From contig JAKSPF010000001.1 of assembly GCA_024405065.1 (NCBI GenBank), forward strand, positions 1 to 26,333: 26,333 bases of DNA. The letters run 5' to 3'. The notes under the pieces were generated by a model. It made no database searches. It had not been told where the DNA came from and saw only the letters and a list, made by a program, of their open reading frames with translations. The position numbers and the translations under genes are program-made. Shown piece by piece: positions 15,273 to 23,928 of the stretch (positions within the stretch are counted from its first letter, which is position 1; each line of letters starts with the position of its first letter). Source of the DNA: Sphaerochaetaceae bacterium. Lineage in GTDB: Bacteria > Spirochaetota > Spirochaetia > Sphaerochaetales > Sphaerochaetaceae.

Positions 15273-17516
15273 TCAATGAATTTCAAGGTACAGTGAAAAT
15301 CTGAGTCTTTGATTGATTCCGGCTCCTATGACAATCTCACCGAACCTTGAACCGAGACGATAACCGGCGAACAGACCTACATCCCATAACCCGCCCTTGC
15401 ACCCTGAAAACGGAGCCACATTTGAATCTGTCCGCTCACCCAATTCATCATGCATCAACTCATAGGGCATCAGAAATGCCGTATGCTCGTCATTTGACCT
15501 GAAGCCTGCTTTCAGCTGAAACAGCAGGTGCGGTTCAATAAGCCCGTCTGCAAGCTTATAGTCATAGGAAACACCGCCCATTATACAGTCTCTTACAAAA
15601 AAACCGCATGAATATCCGGGCACCCCGTAACTTCCTCCGTAATCCGTATATGATTCAGTAAGTATCCGCGGCTCACGGCTTGTCTGAGCAAAAAGTTCAA
15701 CTCCGAGAAGAGATTTATCACTTAACTGGAAAAAGTCTTCAAACGCACCTATCAGTTTATAGGTCCAGAAGTTGTATTTTTTATCCTTAAACACCGTTCT
15801 TCCCACTCTGCCGCCCAGATCGGCACGTAATCCGTTCACCCCGTTTTGTTCGGCAATGTAATCACCGATACGGATAAAAGCAAGTTCCAACTTCGGGAAA
15901 AACAACGTGTAGCGTCCGTTTTCAGAATTGAACAACTCCGGAAATACTCCGGGATCCCACGCTTTGTCATTTTTAAGAAAAAACACGTCCGCTTTGACTG
16001 CAAAATTTGAATTGATGTCTTTTTCATCTGTAACTTTGATTCCTGCGCTTCCTCTGATGCCGAACTCTGTTCCTCTTACCGCCGTTCCATGAACAATAGA
16101 AAAGTCATCAAAATCTCCGGAAGATTTTACAATATCTTCATTCAGGTTAAGCCTGTTGGTACGTATACTTATGCTCCCTGCATCAAGAACGAACGTATGT
16201 CTGAAATACAGATTAATGTCATCTCCCTCCGAATCGTCATCAAGAAGAACAAATCCCTCATATTCCGCTTTCATACCGTTTCCGATTTTTACAGCCGTAG
16301 ACATACTGTAATTAGACCCCTGTATCTCATGAAGAAAAACCTTTACGGCAAATGTGGGAATCACATTCAGAACCGGTGATTTACTGCGTCCTTCCTTAAA
16401 ATCAAAGCTGAGAGAACCCGTTCCGAACAAACCGATTGAAACACGTGAATCGTGAAGGGCCCTTGATTTTCTGTATTCTGTTGAAGCCTGTGCCTTTGAT
16501 ACCGCCCTTTCCTCCCATTTGGTAAAATACTCACCCTGACGGTTCGGATCTTTGTGCTCCCTTTTGTCCTCAGGAATACTTTCCGCAATTTCCAGAAGAG
16601 CATCATAGCATTGCCTGACCGCTTCTTCACCGCGCTTTATTGACTCCTCCGCCTTTCCGAAATCCAAAGTGCCGATTCCCGTAAGATCCGGTTCAAGCAC
16701 AATATCGGCATACTGAATCTGCTCCTTTACAGGTCCGGAAACTATAAGGGAAAACACTCCTCCGGCCGTACCGGAAAGAGACTCGTATGTTTCACGGGTA
16801 TTTCCCAACTTGGCATTCACATTTTCACAGATAACAATATCAAATCCGTATTCTCTTGCCAATTTTGCCGGCATATTGTCTTTGAGACCACCGTCAAACA
16901 CCAGAGTTCCGTCAGCAAGCTCATACGGTTTGAAAGCAAGAGGAATGCTCATTGAACCTCTCATTGCATCAATAATTGAACCGTCCTTGAAGACAATCTT
17001 TTCACCGGTAACCGCATTTACCCCTATGCATCTGAACGGCACAACAAGATTGTCAAACCTTATCCATTTGGGAACATTTCCTACGGTCTCATTAAAAAAA
17101 TTCATTATCTTGTAATCATCAATGAGACCGTTTATTTTTCCCACGCCTTTTCCGATTTCAAGGTTCAGAATATTGTATGTGTCATAGGAAAACGGCTCGG
17201 TCATTTCTACATAACCGGAGCTTTCAAATGTTGTGAAAAGATTTTTAAGGTCATTGTTCTCAACAACCCTTCTTATATCTCCCGGACTGTAACCCGCACA
17301 GTAAAGTCCCCCTATGAGTGCACCCATGCTGGTTCCCAGTACCATATCAATCGGTATACCGAGCCTTTCCAGCTCTTCAAGAACAGCAATATGGGCAATG
17401 CCCTTTGCTCCACCGCCTGAAAGAACAACCGCCACAGAGGGTCTTCCGTTTAATGTAGAAAATACAGATGTCACCGCAACACAGAAAACCAAAAACAGGA
17501 CAATACACCTTTTCAT
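15273..17516 (-). CDS. Patatin-like phospholipase with signal peptide and predicted C-terminal outer-membrane beta-barrel
   Basis: GGGAKG, GTSMG (nucleophile Ser), DGG. N-terminal signal MKRCIVLFLVFCVAVTSVFS. Alternating amphipathic strands at the C-terminus ending RFSLYLEIH. Confidence 0.85.
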   Translation of the reverse strand: MKRCIVLFLVFCVAVTSVFSTLNGRPSVAVVLSGGGAKGIAHIAVLEELERLGIPIDMVLGTSMGALIGGLYCAGYSPGDIRRVVENNDLKNLFTTFESSGYVEMTEPFSYDTYNILNLEIGKGVGKINGLIDDYKIMNFFNETVGNVPKWIRFDNLVVPFRCIGVNAVTGEKIVFKDGSIIDAMRGSMSIPLAFKPYELADGTLVFDGGLKDNMPAKLAREYGFDIVICENVNAKLGNTRETYESLSGTAGGVFSLIVSGPVKEQIQYADIVLEPDLTGIGTLDFGKAEESIKRGEEAVRQCYDALLEIAESIPEDKREHKDPNRQGEYFTKWEERAVSKAQASTEYRKSRALHDSRVSIGLFGTGSLSFDFKEGRSKSPVLNVIPTFAVKVFLHEIQGSNYSMSTAVKIGNGMKAEYEGFVLLDDDSEGDDINLYFRHTFVLDAGSISIRTNRLNLNEDIVKSSGDFDDFSIVHGTAVRGTEFGIRGSAGIKVTDEKDINSNFAVKADVFFLKNDKAWDPGVFPELFNSENGRYTLFFPKLELAFIRIGDYIAEQNGVNGLRADLGGRVGRTVFKDKKYNFWTYKLIGAFEDFFQLSDKSLLGVELFAQTSREPRILTESYTDYGGSYGVPGYSCGFFVRDCIMGGVSYDYKLADGLIEPHLLFQLKAGFRSNDEHTAFLMPYELMHDELGERTDSNVAPFSGCKGGLWDVGLFAGYRLGSRFGEIVIGAGINQRLRFSLYLEIH

Positions 17517-17531
17517 TTCAAAGAGCTCCTC

Positions 17532-18566
17532 TTACACCCAAGTTTTTATATCATCAAGCATCGTGCTTTTGTAAAAAAATCTGTCAAGAGCAAGTTCTCC
17601 GGCAGCCCTTGTTCCCGCCTTTTCTCCGAGAAGAGATCTGCGCACCTCAAAATCCGGACAGACCTCTCTTATTTTATCAAGGCAGGCATCAGGAATAGAG
17701 GCTCCTTCTCCGCCTATTACCGCAAGTTTGGCACCGGTTATGCGATATGCGGCTCTGAGAGCCTTTGAAACAGCATGGAAAACATCGTCACCTAAATTTT
17801 CCCATATATCGGAAAGTCTTGCATCTTTTTGTCCCGTAATCTCACAGGCTGTGCATATATGCTCTAAATCCGCTTCAGGTGAAACCTGCAGTTTTCCGAA
17901 CTCAGAACCGCAAGTCAGTATTCTGCCGCAGGAAATAACGGCAAGACTCATTGACTGCCCCCAGTTGAGGTACATTGCAGATTCTTTTTCAGCAAGATTT
18001 CTGTCAACAAGTTTTTCCGCATTTACAAGAGCCTTTGTGGCATCCTCCGCAACAGTTTCAATGTGAAGGGAGGTTTCCATTGCATCCGCAATATCAAAAT
18101 CATCCCACGGAAGTACGGATGAAGACAAAGAAATTCCCGCACCGATGAATTTCTCCTGAGGTATAAGCTTCATATTCCTTATACAACTTTTCAGAACAGA
18201 AACACAGAATTCCTCCGGACTTCCGACAGTCACCGTAGGAATACGCTCAAATTTCACCGGTTTTGCGTCAAGATTACATACTGCTATTGTACTTGTTTTC
18301 CCTGCAATATCCACGGCAAGTACAAATCCGGAATCGTAACATACAGACAGTCCGGTAGGTCGTCTTCCGTTTTCGGTACGGGTTTTCCCCGTTTCCCTGA
18401 CCATACCCTTATTTATCAAATCTCCCGTTATTTCTCCTACGGAAACTTTATTCAGCTCAAGAATCCTTGCCAGTTCCGCCCTTGAAACGGACGGATGCTG
18501 CCTGAGTTCGTACAAAACACGTGAAGTATTGATTATTCTTGCGCTTTTAGGCTGGCTGAGTTTCAT
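17532..18566 (-). CDS. ROK-family transcriptional regulator (winged-helix plus degenerate sugar-binding domain)
   Basis: SRAELARILELNKVSVGEITGDL HTH, GRRP, VLAVDIAG. Confidence 0.8.
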   Translation of the reverse strand: MKLSQPKSARIINTSRVLYELRQHPSVSRAELARILELNKVSVGEITGDLINKGMVRETGKTRTENGRRPTGLSVCYDSGFVLAVDIAGKTSTIAVCNLDAKPVKFERIPTVTVGSPEEFCVSVLKSCIRNMKLIPQEKFIGAGISLSSSVLPWDDFDIADAMETSLHIETVAEDATKALVNAEKLVDRNLAEKESAMYLNWGQSMSLAVISCGRILTCGSEFGKLQVSPEADLEHICTACEITGQKDARLSDIWENLGDDVFHAVSKALRAAYRITGAKLAVIGGEGASIPDACLDKIREVCPDFEVRRSLLGEKAGTRAAGELALDRFFYKSTMLDDIKTWV

Positions 18567-19759
18567 TATTCCGTTGTGTAGTTGTCAAAATACCCCTGAA
18601 TAAGAACAACCGGAGTTCCCTTGTCACCGCTTCCGCTGGTAAGGTCACTCAAAGAACCCAGTAAATCCGTAAGCTGCCGCGGAGTCGTACCTTCGCTTGC
18701 CATATTTCCTACAAGATTTGAATCCTTTGCCTTTATGCTTGACTTCACCGCCTCCCGCAGTTCCTCACCTGAAAGATTCTTGTACTCGTTGTCCGCAAGA
18801 TATTTGAGTTTCAGTTCATTGGGCGTTCCTTTAAGCCCCTCTGTGTATGCCGGAGAAACAACCGGATCCGCAAGTTCCCAGATTTTTCCGACAGGGTCTT
18901 TGAACGCACCGTCTCCGTACACCATAACTTCAACGGTCTTTCCGGTTCGTTTTTTCATTTCAGCCTGTATCTTTTCAACAAGAAACTGACAGTTTCGGGG
19001 AAAAAGTTTTACCCTGTCTTCCGTTGCCTTGTTTGATCCGAGCAGACCGTATTTCTCATTGTAACCGCTGCCGTTTACTGAAGCGGAAAGAATATCGTCC
19101 ATTCCCAGAACAACCTTTGCGCCGCCTTTTTTCAGAAGTTCTTTTGTTCTGGCTCTTGTATGAATATCACAGGCAATCACTTTGTCCGTAAATTTCAGAA
19201 TCGCCTGCGGCTGATTTGCAAAAACAACTTCACACTCTGCCCCGCAGCCTTCAACTATGCTTTTGTAGTAATCAACATAGTCAACTCCGGTGAATCTGTG
19301 AATATAAACACCGAAGATTTTACGATATTGCTCAAGGCTCAGAACATCTGAATACGGATTGAGACCGGATTCGTACAGCTTATCCAAATCAACAATGGCG
19401 TTACCTACTTCGTCACTCGGATAACTGAGCATCAGTACCACTTTGTCACATGCCGCAGAAATCCCCCTGAGACAGATTGCAAAACGGTTTCTTGACAGAA
19501 TGGGGAAAACAACACCCACAGTACCGCGGCCGGTTTTCTCTTTCACATCCGCAGCAATATCGTCAACAGTTGCGTAATTTCCCTGACTTCTTGCAACTAC
19601 GGACTCGGTAATTGCAATAACGTCTTTGTCATGAATCTTCAGATTACCGTACTCCGCAGCACCTATGACACTGTTTACCACAACCTCACAGAGATCATCA
19701 CCCTGTCTTATAACCGGACATCTGACACCGTAAGATGCTGTTCCAATCATTCTCTGCAT
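18566..19759 (-). CDS. CofE / F420-0:gamma-glutamyl ligase family protein, substrate unknown
   Basis: PVIRQGDDL, DKDVIAITESVVARSQG, VMVYGDGAFKD, DLLGSLSDLTSGSGDKGTPVVLIQG. Confidence 0.75.
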   Translation of the reverse strand: MQRMIGTASYGVRCPVIRQGDDLCEVVVNSVIGAAEYGNLKIHDKDVIAITESVVARSQGNYATVDDIAADVKEKTGRGTVGVVFPILSRNRFAICLRGISAACDKVVLMLSYPSDEVGNAIVDLDKLYESGLNPYSDVLSLEQYRKIFGVYIHRFTGVDYVDYYKSIVEGCGAECEVVFANQPQAILKFTDKVIACDIHTRARTKELLKKGGAKVVLGMDDILSASVNGSGYNEKYGLLGSNKATEDRVKLFPRNCQFLVEKIQAEMKKRTGKTVEVMVYGDGAFKDPVGKIWELADPVVSPAYTEGLKGTPNELKLKYLADNEYKNLSGEELREAVKSSIKAKDSNLVGNMASEGTTPRQLTDLLGSLSDLTSGSGDKGTPVVLIQGYFDNYTTE

Positions 19760-19762
19760 AAT

Positions 19763-20296
19763 TCACCTCTCTTCAGGATCAAGTTCTGCAATATACGGAA
19801 GGGTTCTGTACCTTTCAGCGTAATCAAGCCCGTATCCCACAACCCAGACACTGGGAATATCAAAACCCACATAGTCAATCTCCACGGGAAAAGCAAGTTC
19901 GTTGGGCTTTCTTGCAAGAACCACGGTCTTCACGGATTTTGTATATCTTGACTTAAAATTCTTTATGAGATAGTCAAGAGTGTGACCGGAATCAAGTATG
20001 TCTTCCACAATCAGAACATCCCTGCCTTCCTGATTTTCCCTCGCATCCATTATGATTCTTACATTTCCGCTCCTCTTACTTGCATTTCCGTAACTTGAAA
20101 CGGACATCAAATCACCGACATGAGGCATGGTAAGATACCGGCATAAATCTGCCATGAAAATAAAAGAACCTTTCAGAATACCTACTATTATCAGAGGTTC
20201 CCTGATGTCTTTGTAATCTTCGCTTATCTGAGCGGCAAGCTCCTTCACTCTCTGCTCAATTCTCTGTGAATCAATTATGGTATTTTTGATTTTCAT
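19763..20296 (-). CDS. hpt: Hypoxanthine phosphoribosyltransferase
   Basis: ILKGSFIFMADL, PRPP motif VEDILDSGHTL, VVGYGLDYAERYRTLPYI. SD AGGAGG. Confidence 0.95.
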   Translation of the reverse strand: MKIKNTIIDSQRIEQRVKELAAQISEDYKDIREPLIIVGILKGSFIFMADLCRYLTMPHVGDLMSVSSYGNASKRSGNVRIIMDARENQEGRDVLIVEDILDSGHTLDYLIKNFKSRYTKSVKTVVLARKPNELAFPVEIDYVGFDIPSVWVVGYGLDYAERYRTLPYIAELDPEER

Positions 20297-20394
20297 AGGA
20301 CGGAACCTCCTGTCCGTATCGTAATTTTGACATTTTTGAGGTATTTTGTCATCCTTGCCAATGCATAACTTGCAGGGCGAACCGGTACTGTACG

Positions 20395-22062
20395 TCAGTC
20401 TGAATAGTCACTCTGCCCTATGAACTCCCGCAAAGCCGAGTCTGCCGGCACCAGTTCTGCGGGAATCTCATAAACATTTTCAAGAAAAGCAAGCAACCGT
20501 CTTGCGGTAGCATAAACCCTGCCCGTCTCTGCCGACACGGATTTAAGTACCGGTGAGGCATAGGGCGCAAGCACCCCGAGTTCATAATCAAGTGCACTGT
20601 TGACCATTACATCTGCGTTGTTCTGGTGAATGAATATGTTTTTACTCTCGGCAGCGGTAACATCATCCCACATGGATAACGTATCAACCACGGAAGCTCC
20701 GCGTTCACGTAAATCACGCACTATTCTCCTGATAAGCCGGTTATCCGTGGTAGACACCCTGTTATGATCATCAAGATTAAGTTGAGTAAGAGCCGAAATG
20801 TACACTTTGAAAACATACTTCGGATTGACACAGGAGGTGATTTGCGGATTAAGACCGTGAATTCCCTCAATTACGAACACGGTGTTTTCCGTAAAACTTA
20901 CAGGCGGATCAGGAAAACTCTGCTCCTGTTTAGAAAAACTCCATTTGGGCAGACAGACCTGTTTACCGTCAAAAATGTCCTTCATGTTTTTTCTGAACTG
21001 TTCCACACGCAGCGCTTCAAGACATTCGTAATCCGGTTCGCCTTTGGCATTTTTGGGCAAGACTTTTCTCGGCAAGTAGTAATCATCAAGAGATATCCTT
21101 ATGGTATGCTTACCAAGCAACGCAAGCTGTTCACACAGACGTTTTGCAAAAGTTGTCTTTCCGGAAGAAGACGGACCTGCAATGAAAACAGCATGCGCAT
21201 CTCTTTCAAATACCGAGTCAGCCACCTGAGCAAGTTTCCTTCTATGCAGGGCTTCTGCATGCCTCACAAACTGCTTTGCGCGGTTCTGAAACACAACTTC
21301 GTTCATTTCACCCACGCAGCGCACACCTAAAATTTTTCCCCATTGCTTATTTTCTTCAAAAACCGAAAACAGTAACGGATTGTCCTTGAACGGCTTTATT
21401 TCGGTAATGGCAGACGATACCGGATACTGCAAAATCATACCGTCAGAACCGTAAGGAGCAAGCTTCCACAAGCTCAGTACGGAGGTATTTGACACAATGG
21501 GCTCATACGCAATGTCACAGTAATCGCCTGTCTTGTAAACATTGACATCCGGAGTGTTTATACAGGCAAGAAGCATTACCGTAGTCCTGTTTCCGTTGTT
21601 TCTGAAAAAATTTATTGCCTCTTTGAACGGAACACTGCAAAACTCTATGGAAAGTTTCATTGAAACAAGTTCACGCATCTTTTCTTCAATAACGCACACA
21701 TCTGCATCAATATCACGCGAGCCGTCATCAAAACGGAAGTAAAAACTTGAACCCAGAGAATGACCTATAACAAGTCTTCTGTCCGGAAAGACCAGCTTTG
21801 CCGCATAAAAAAGAAGAAATGAAAGACTGTGCCTGTAAATTCTTCTTCCCATAGGGTCAAACACCCTCACCGGAACGACTGATGAAGAACTGGAGAATCT
21901 GTAAGACAGAGGTCTTGCTTCTCCGTTTACAAAAGCTCCCACCGGCGGATTGTCATTGTAATCGGGCGATACTTCGTATTTTGCCAGTTTCATCAGTTCT
22001 TCTACTGACGTATATCGTTCAACCTCATAATTTCTGCCTTCAAAACTTACTGAAAGATTCAT
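20395..22062 (-). CDS. Nucleoside (uridine-family) kinase with N-terminal ThrRS TGS/editing-like region. Start re-assigned to 22062.
   Basis: IAGPSSSGKTT, ISLDDYY, IEGIHGLNP, DNRLIRRIVRD. N-terminal YRHSLSFLL and LVIGHSLG. SD GGGAGG lies 6 nt before ATG 22062. Confidence 0.85.
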   Translation of the reverse strand: MNLSVSFEGRNYEVERYTSVEELMKLAKYEVSPDYNDNPPVGAFVNGEARPLSYRFSSSSSVVPVRVFDPMGRRIYRHSLSFLLFYAAKLVFPDRRLVIGHSLGSSFYFRFDDGSRDIDADVCVIEEKMRELVSMKLSIEFCSVPFKEAINFFRNNGNRTTVMLLACINTPDVNVYKTGDYCDIAYEPIVSNTSVLSLWKLAPYGSDGMILQYPVSSAITEIKPFKDNPLLFSVFEENKQWGKILGVRCVGEMNEVVFQNRAKQFVRHAEALHRRKLAQVADSVFERDAHAVFIAGPSSSGKTTFAKRLCEQLALLGKHTIRISLDDYYLPRKVLPKNAKGEPDYECLEALRVEQFRKNMKDIFDGKQVCLPKWSFSKQEQSFPDPPVSFTENTVFVIEGIHGLNPQITSCVNPKYVFKVYISALTQLNLDDHNRVSTTDNRLIRRIVRDLRERGASVVDTLSMWDDVTAAESKNIFIHQNNADVMVNSALDYELGVLAPYASPVLKSVSAETGRVYATARRLLAFLENVYEIPAELVPADSALREFIGQSDYSD

Positions 22063-22096
22063 ACCCTGCCTCCCGGACATAACCACATGATGGTTC

Positions 22097-22105
22097 ATTG
22101 TAACA
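22097..22105 (-). promoter_or_regulatory. Extended -10 element TG-T-TACAAT upstream of the nucleoside kinase
   Basis: Read directly. It overlaps the ORF-track ATG at 22098, which argues for the later start. Confidence 0.5.
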
Positions 22106-22132
22106 TACCGTAGAGCAAACTCACATCAATAA

Positions 22133-23869
22133 TCACTTCTGAAAACTGCTCCGGATTCTTTTATATTCCTTTACTGCCTCGGGATTCAGCTTCTCCGCAC
22201 ATTTGATCACTGTGCTCTCATTACCGGTAAAACGGAACCGGTCACTCAGATCCATCATCTGCATTACGGCATCAACCCGTTCTTTCTCAAAGTTTTCTTC
22301 AACATGCGTATTGTCCCCTATCATCATCCTGAACCTTGATTGACCGTTGTATTGCGGCCAAGAAAGTCCGTCAACGGAAGGATCTCCGGTTTTACAGAAA
22401 TTGGAAATCATCTGTTGAAACCGCAAGGAAAGTTTCACAGCCTCCGGCGTTCCGAAAACCCATTCACTGAAATTACCGAACAGATAACTGCAATCTACTG
22501 CGTGTGCCGCTCCGAGTTTTGAGTATTCTCCGTCATAGCTTTTATCAAAAGTGTAGAAATATCCTTTTCCGCCGTTTTTTGCATGCATCTCTGCTTGGTA
22601 AATATTTCCGGCATTAAAGGCGTGATCATCCATGAATCTATAGTAAACTTCCTTTCCCGTATATCCGAGCCGGTGCAGAGTCTCTTCATAAGACGCATAG
22701 GCTTTCCTGAACTCTTCATTACCGTTCTGAAGAATATCCTCCGTCACTCCCTCACAGGCAGCATCAAACAATTCATCTATATCGGCAAAAACACGGAGAT
22801 AATAACGGAATTCTTCCGCAGTATTTCCCTGTAAAATCACAATATCGGAGGAATCTCCACGTGACCACGCATCAAGCGGATCCGACTCTATAACGGAGTT
22901 TCCTCTCACAGGATGATGATAAATATCGCCCAGATTGAAGCTCCACCATTTTCTCAGGTCTTCAAACGGTATTTGTTTCAGGTCTTCCACCGTTTCACAT
23001 CCGAAGGCTTCACGCAAAGCGGAAACCTGAGCCGAGGTTTCAGACAATTCACTGAACTGCGCCACAGAACCGCTCATGGGAATTGCTTTTGAAAAAAGAC
23101 CTTTTGCTTCCGGCATCACGCATAGCATTGAAACGGCTCCGCCGCCTGCTGATTCTCCGCAAATTGTAATGTTCTCCGGATCTCCGCCGAATGCCGCTAT
23201 ATTCTCACGAATCCAGCGCAGTGACTGTACAATATCCAGTAAACAAAGCACACAGGAATCCGGATAATTCTTTCCGTCAGGAAATGACGACAGATCAATC
23301 TGTCCCAACATACCCAGCCTGTAATCAACTGTGACTACGAGAATTTCCGGATTGTTTTTTGCAAAACAAAACCCGTTATAAAGCGGATCTGAGGTACCGC
23401 CTGCCATCCATCCGCCGCCGTGAATGAATACAAAAACCGGTTTGGCGGTCTCAGTCCCGATAACGCTTGTCCAAATATTCAGACCGAGACAATCCTCTCC
23501 CTGCTCGTAAAGTGATGCTTCTTCATCCAAATCAACACTCTGCATTCCGCTTTTCATAAAATGAAATGCTTCAAAAACACGGTCAGATGCATCCGGTGCC
23601 TGTGGCGTACAGAAACGCAATTCACCTTCAGGTTGTTTTGCGTAAGGAATTCCTTTCCAGATACGTACTCCATCTTCCTGCACACCTACAAATACTCCGT
23701 TTACGCACTTTGCTGCAAGAGAAACATCGTATTCACCTGTAATTTCCCTGTTGGGTGCATACTCGGGCAGAGCCTCAGCCACCCTGTCACTTACAAACCT
23801 ATCGGTCACTGAACACCCGCACAACACACAGAGACAGACAATAAATAATACAGACCTTACTTTCCTCAT
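22133..23869 (-). CDS. Type B carboxylesterase/lipase, probable lipoprotein
   Basis: GIPYA, EDCLGLNIW, FIHGGG, YRLG, GESAGG (Ser), AAHAVD (His). Signal peptide with lipobox-like LCGC. Confidence 0.9.
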   Translation of the reverse strand: MRKVRSVLFIVCLCVLCGCSVTDRFVSDRVAEALPEYAPNREITGEYDVSLAAKCVNGVFVGVQEDGVRIWKGIPYAKQPEGELRFCTPQAPDASDRVFEAFHFMKSGMQSVDLDEEASLYEQGEDCLGLNIWTSVIGTETAKPVFVFIHGGGWMAGGTSDPLYNGFCFAKNNPEILVVTVDYRLGMLGQIDLSSFPDGKNYPDSCVLCLLDIVQSLRWIRENIAAFGGDPENITICGESAGGGAVSMLCVMPEAKGLFSKAIPMSGSVAQFSELSETSAQVSALREAFGCETVEDLKQIPFEDLRKWWSFNLGDIYHHPVRGNSVIESDPLDAWSRGDSSDIVILQGNTAEEFRYYLRVFADIDELFDAACEGVTEDILQNGNEEFRKAYASYEETLHRLGYTGKEVYYRFMDDHAFNAGNIYQAEMHAKNGGKGYFYTFDKSYDGEYSKLGAAHAVDCSYLFGNFSEWVFGTPEAVKLSLRFQQMISNFCKTGDPSVDGLSWPQYNGQSRFRMMIGDNTHVEENFEKERVDAVMQMMDLSDRFRFTGNESTVIKCAEKLNPEAVKEYKRIRSSFQK

Positions 23870-23875
23870 TGTCTC

Positions 23876-23884
23876 ATAATATCA
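23876..23884 (-). promoter_or_regulatory. Extended -10 TG-A-TATTAT, 6 nt before ATG 23869 (leaderless architecture)
   Basis: TGATATTAT-GAGACA-ATG on the minus strand. Confidence 0.55.
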
Positions 23885-23928
23885 CAAAAAATCGGTATAG
23901 AGCCAATATCCGGATTTACAGCAGCGGT

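Noticed and set aside
22063-22098. ORF-track start of the nucleoside kinase at 22098
   Set aside because: It overlaps the -10 element. The SD GGGAGG supports ATG 22062.
23671-23682. 12-nt match (CATCTTCCTGCA) between CRISPR spacer 1 and the esterase gene
   Set aside because: Flanks do not match. Too short to indicate self-targeting and compatible with chance.
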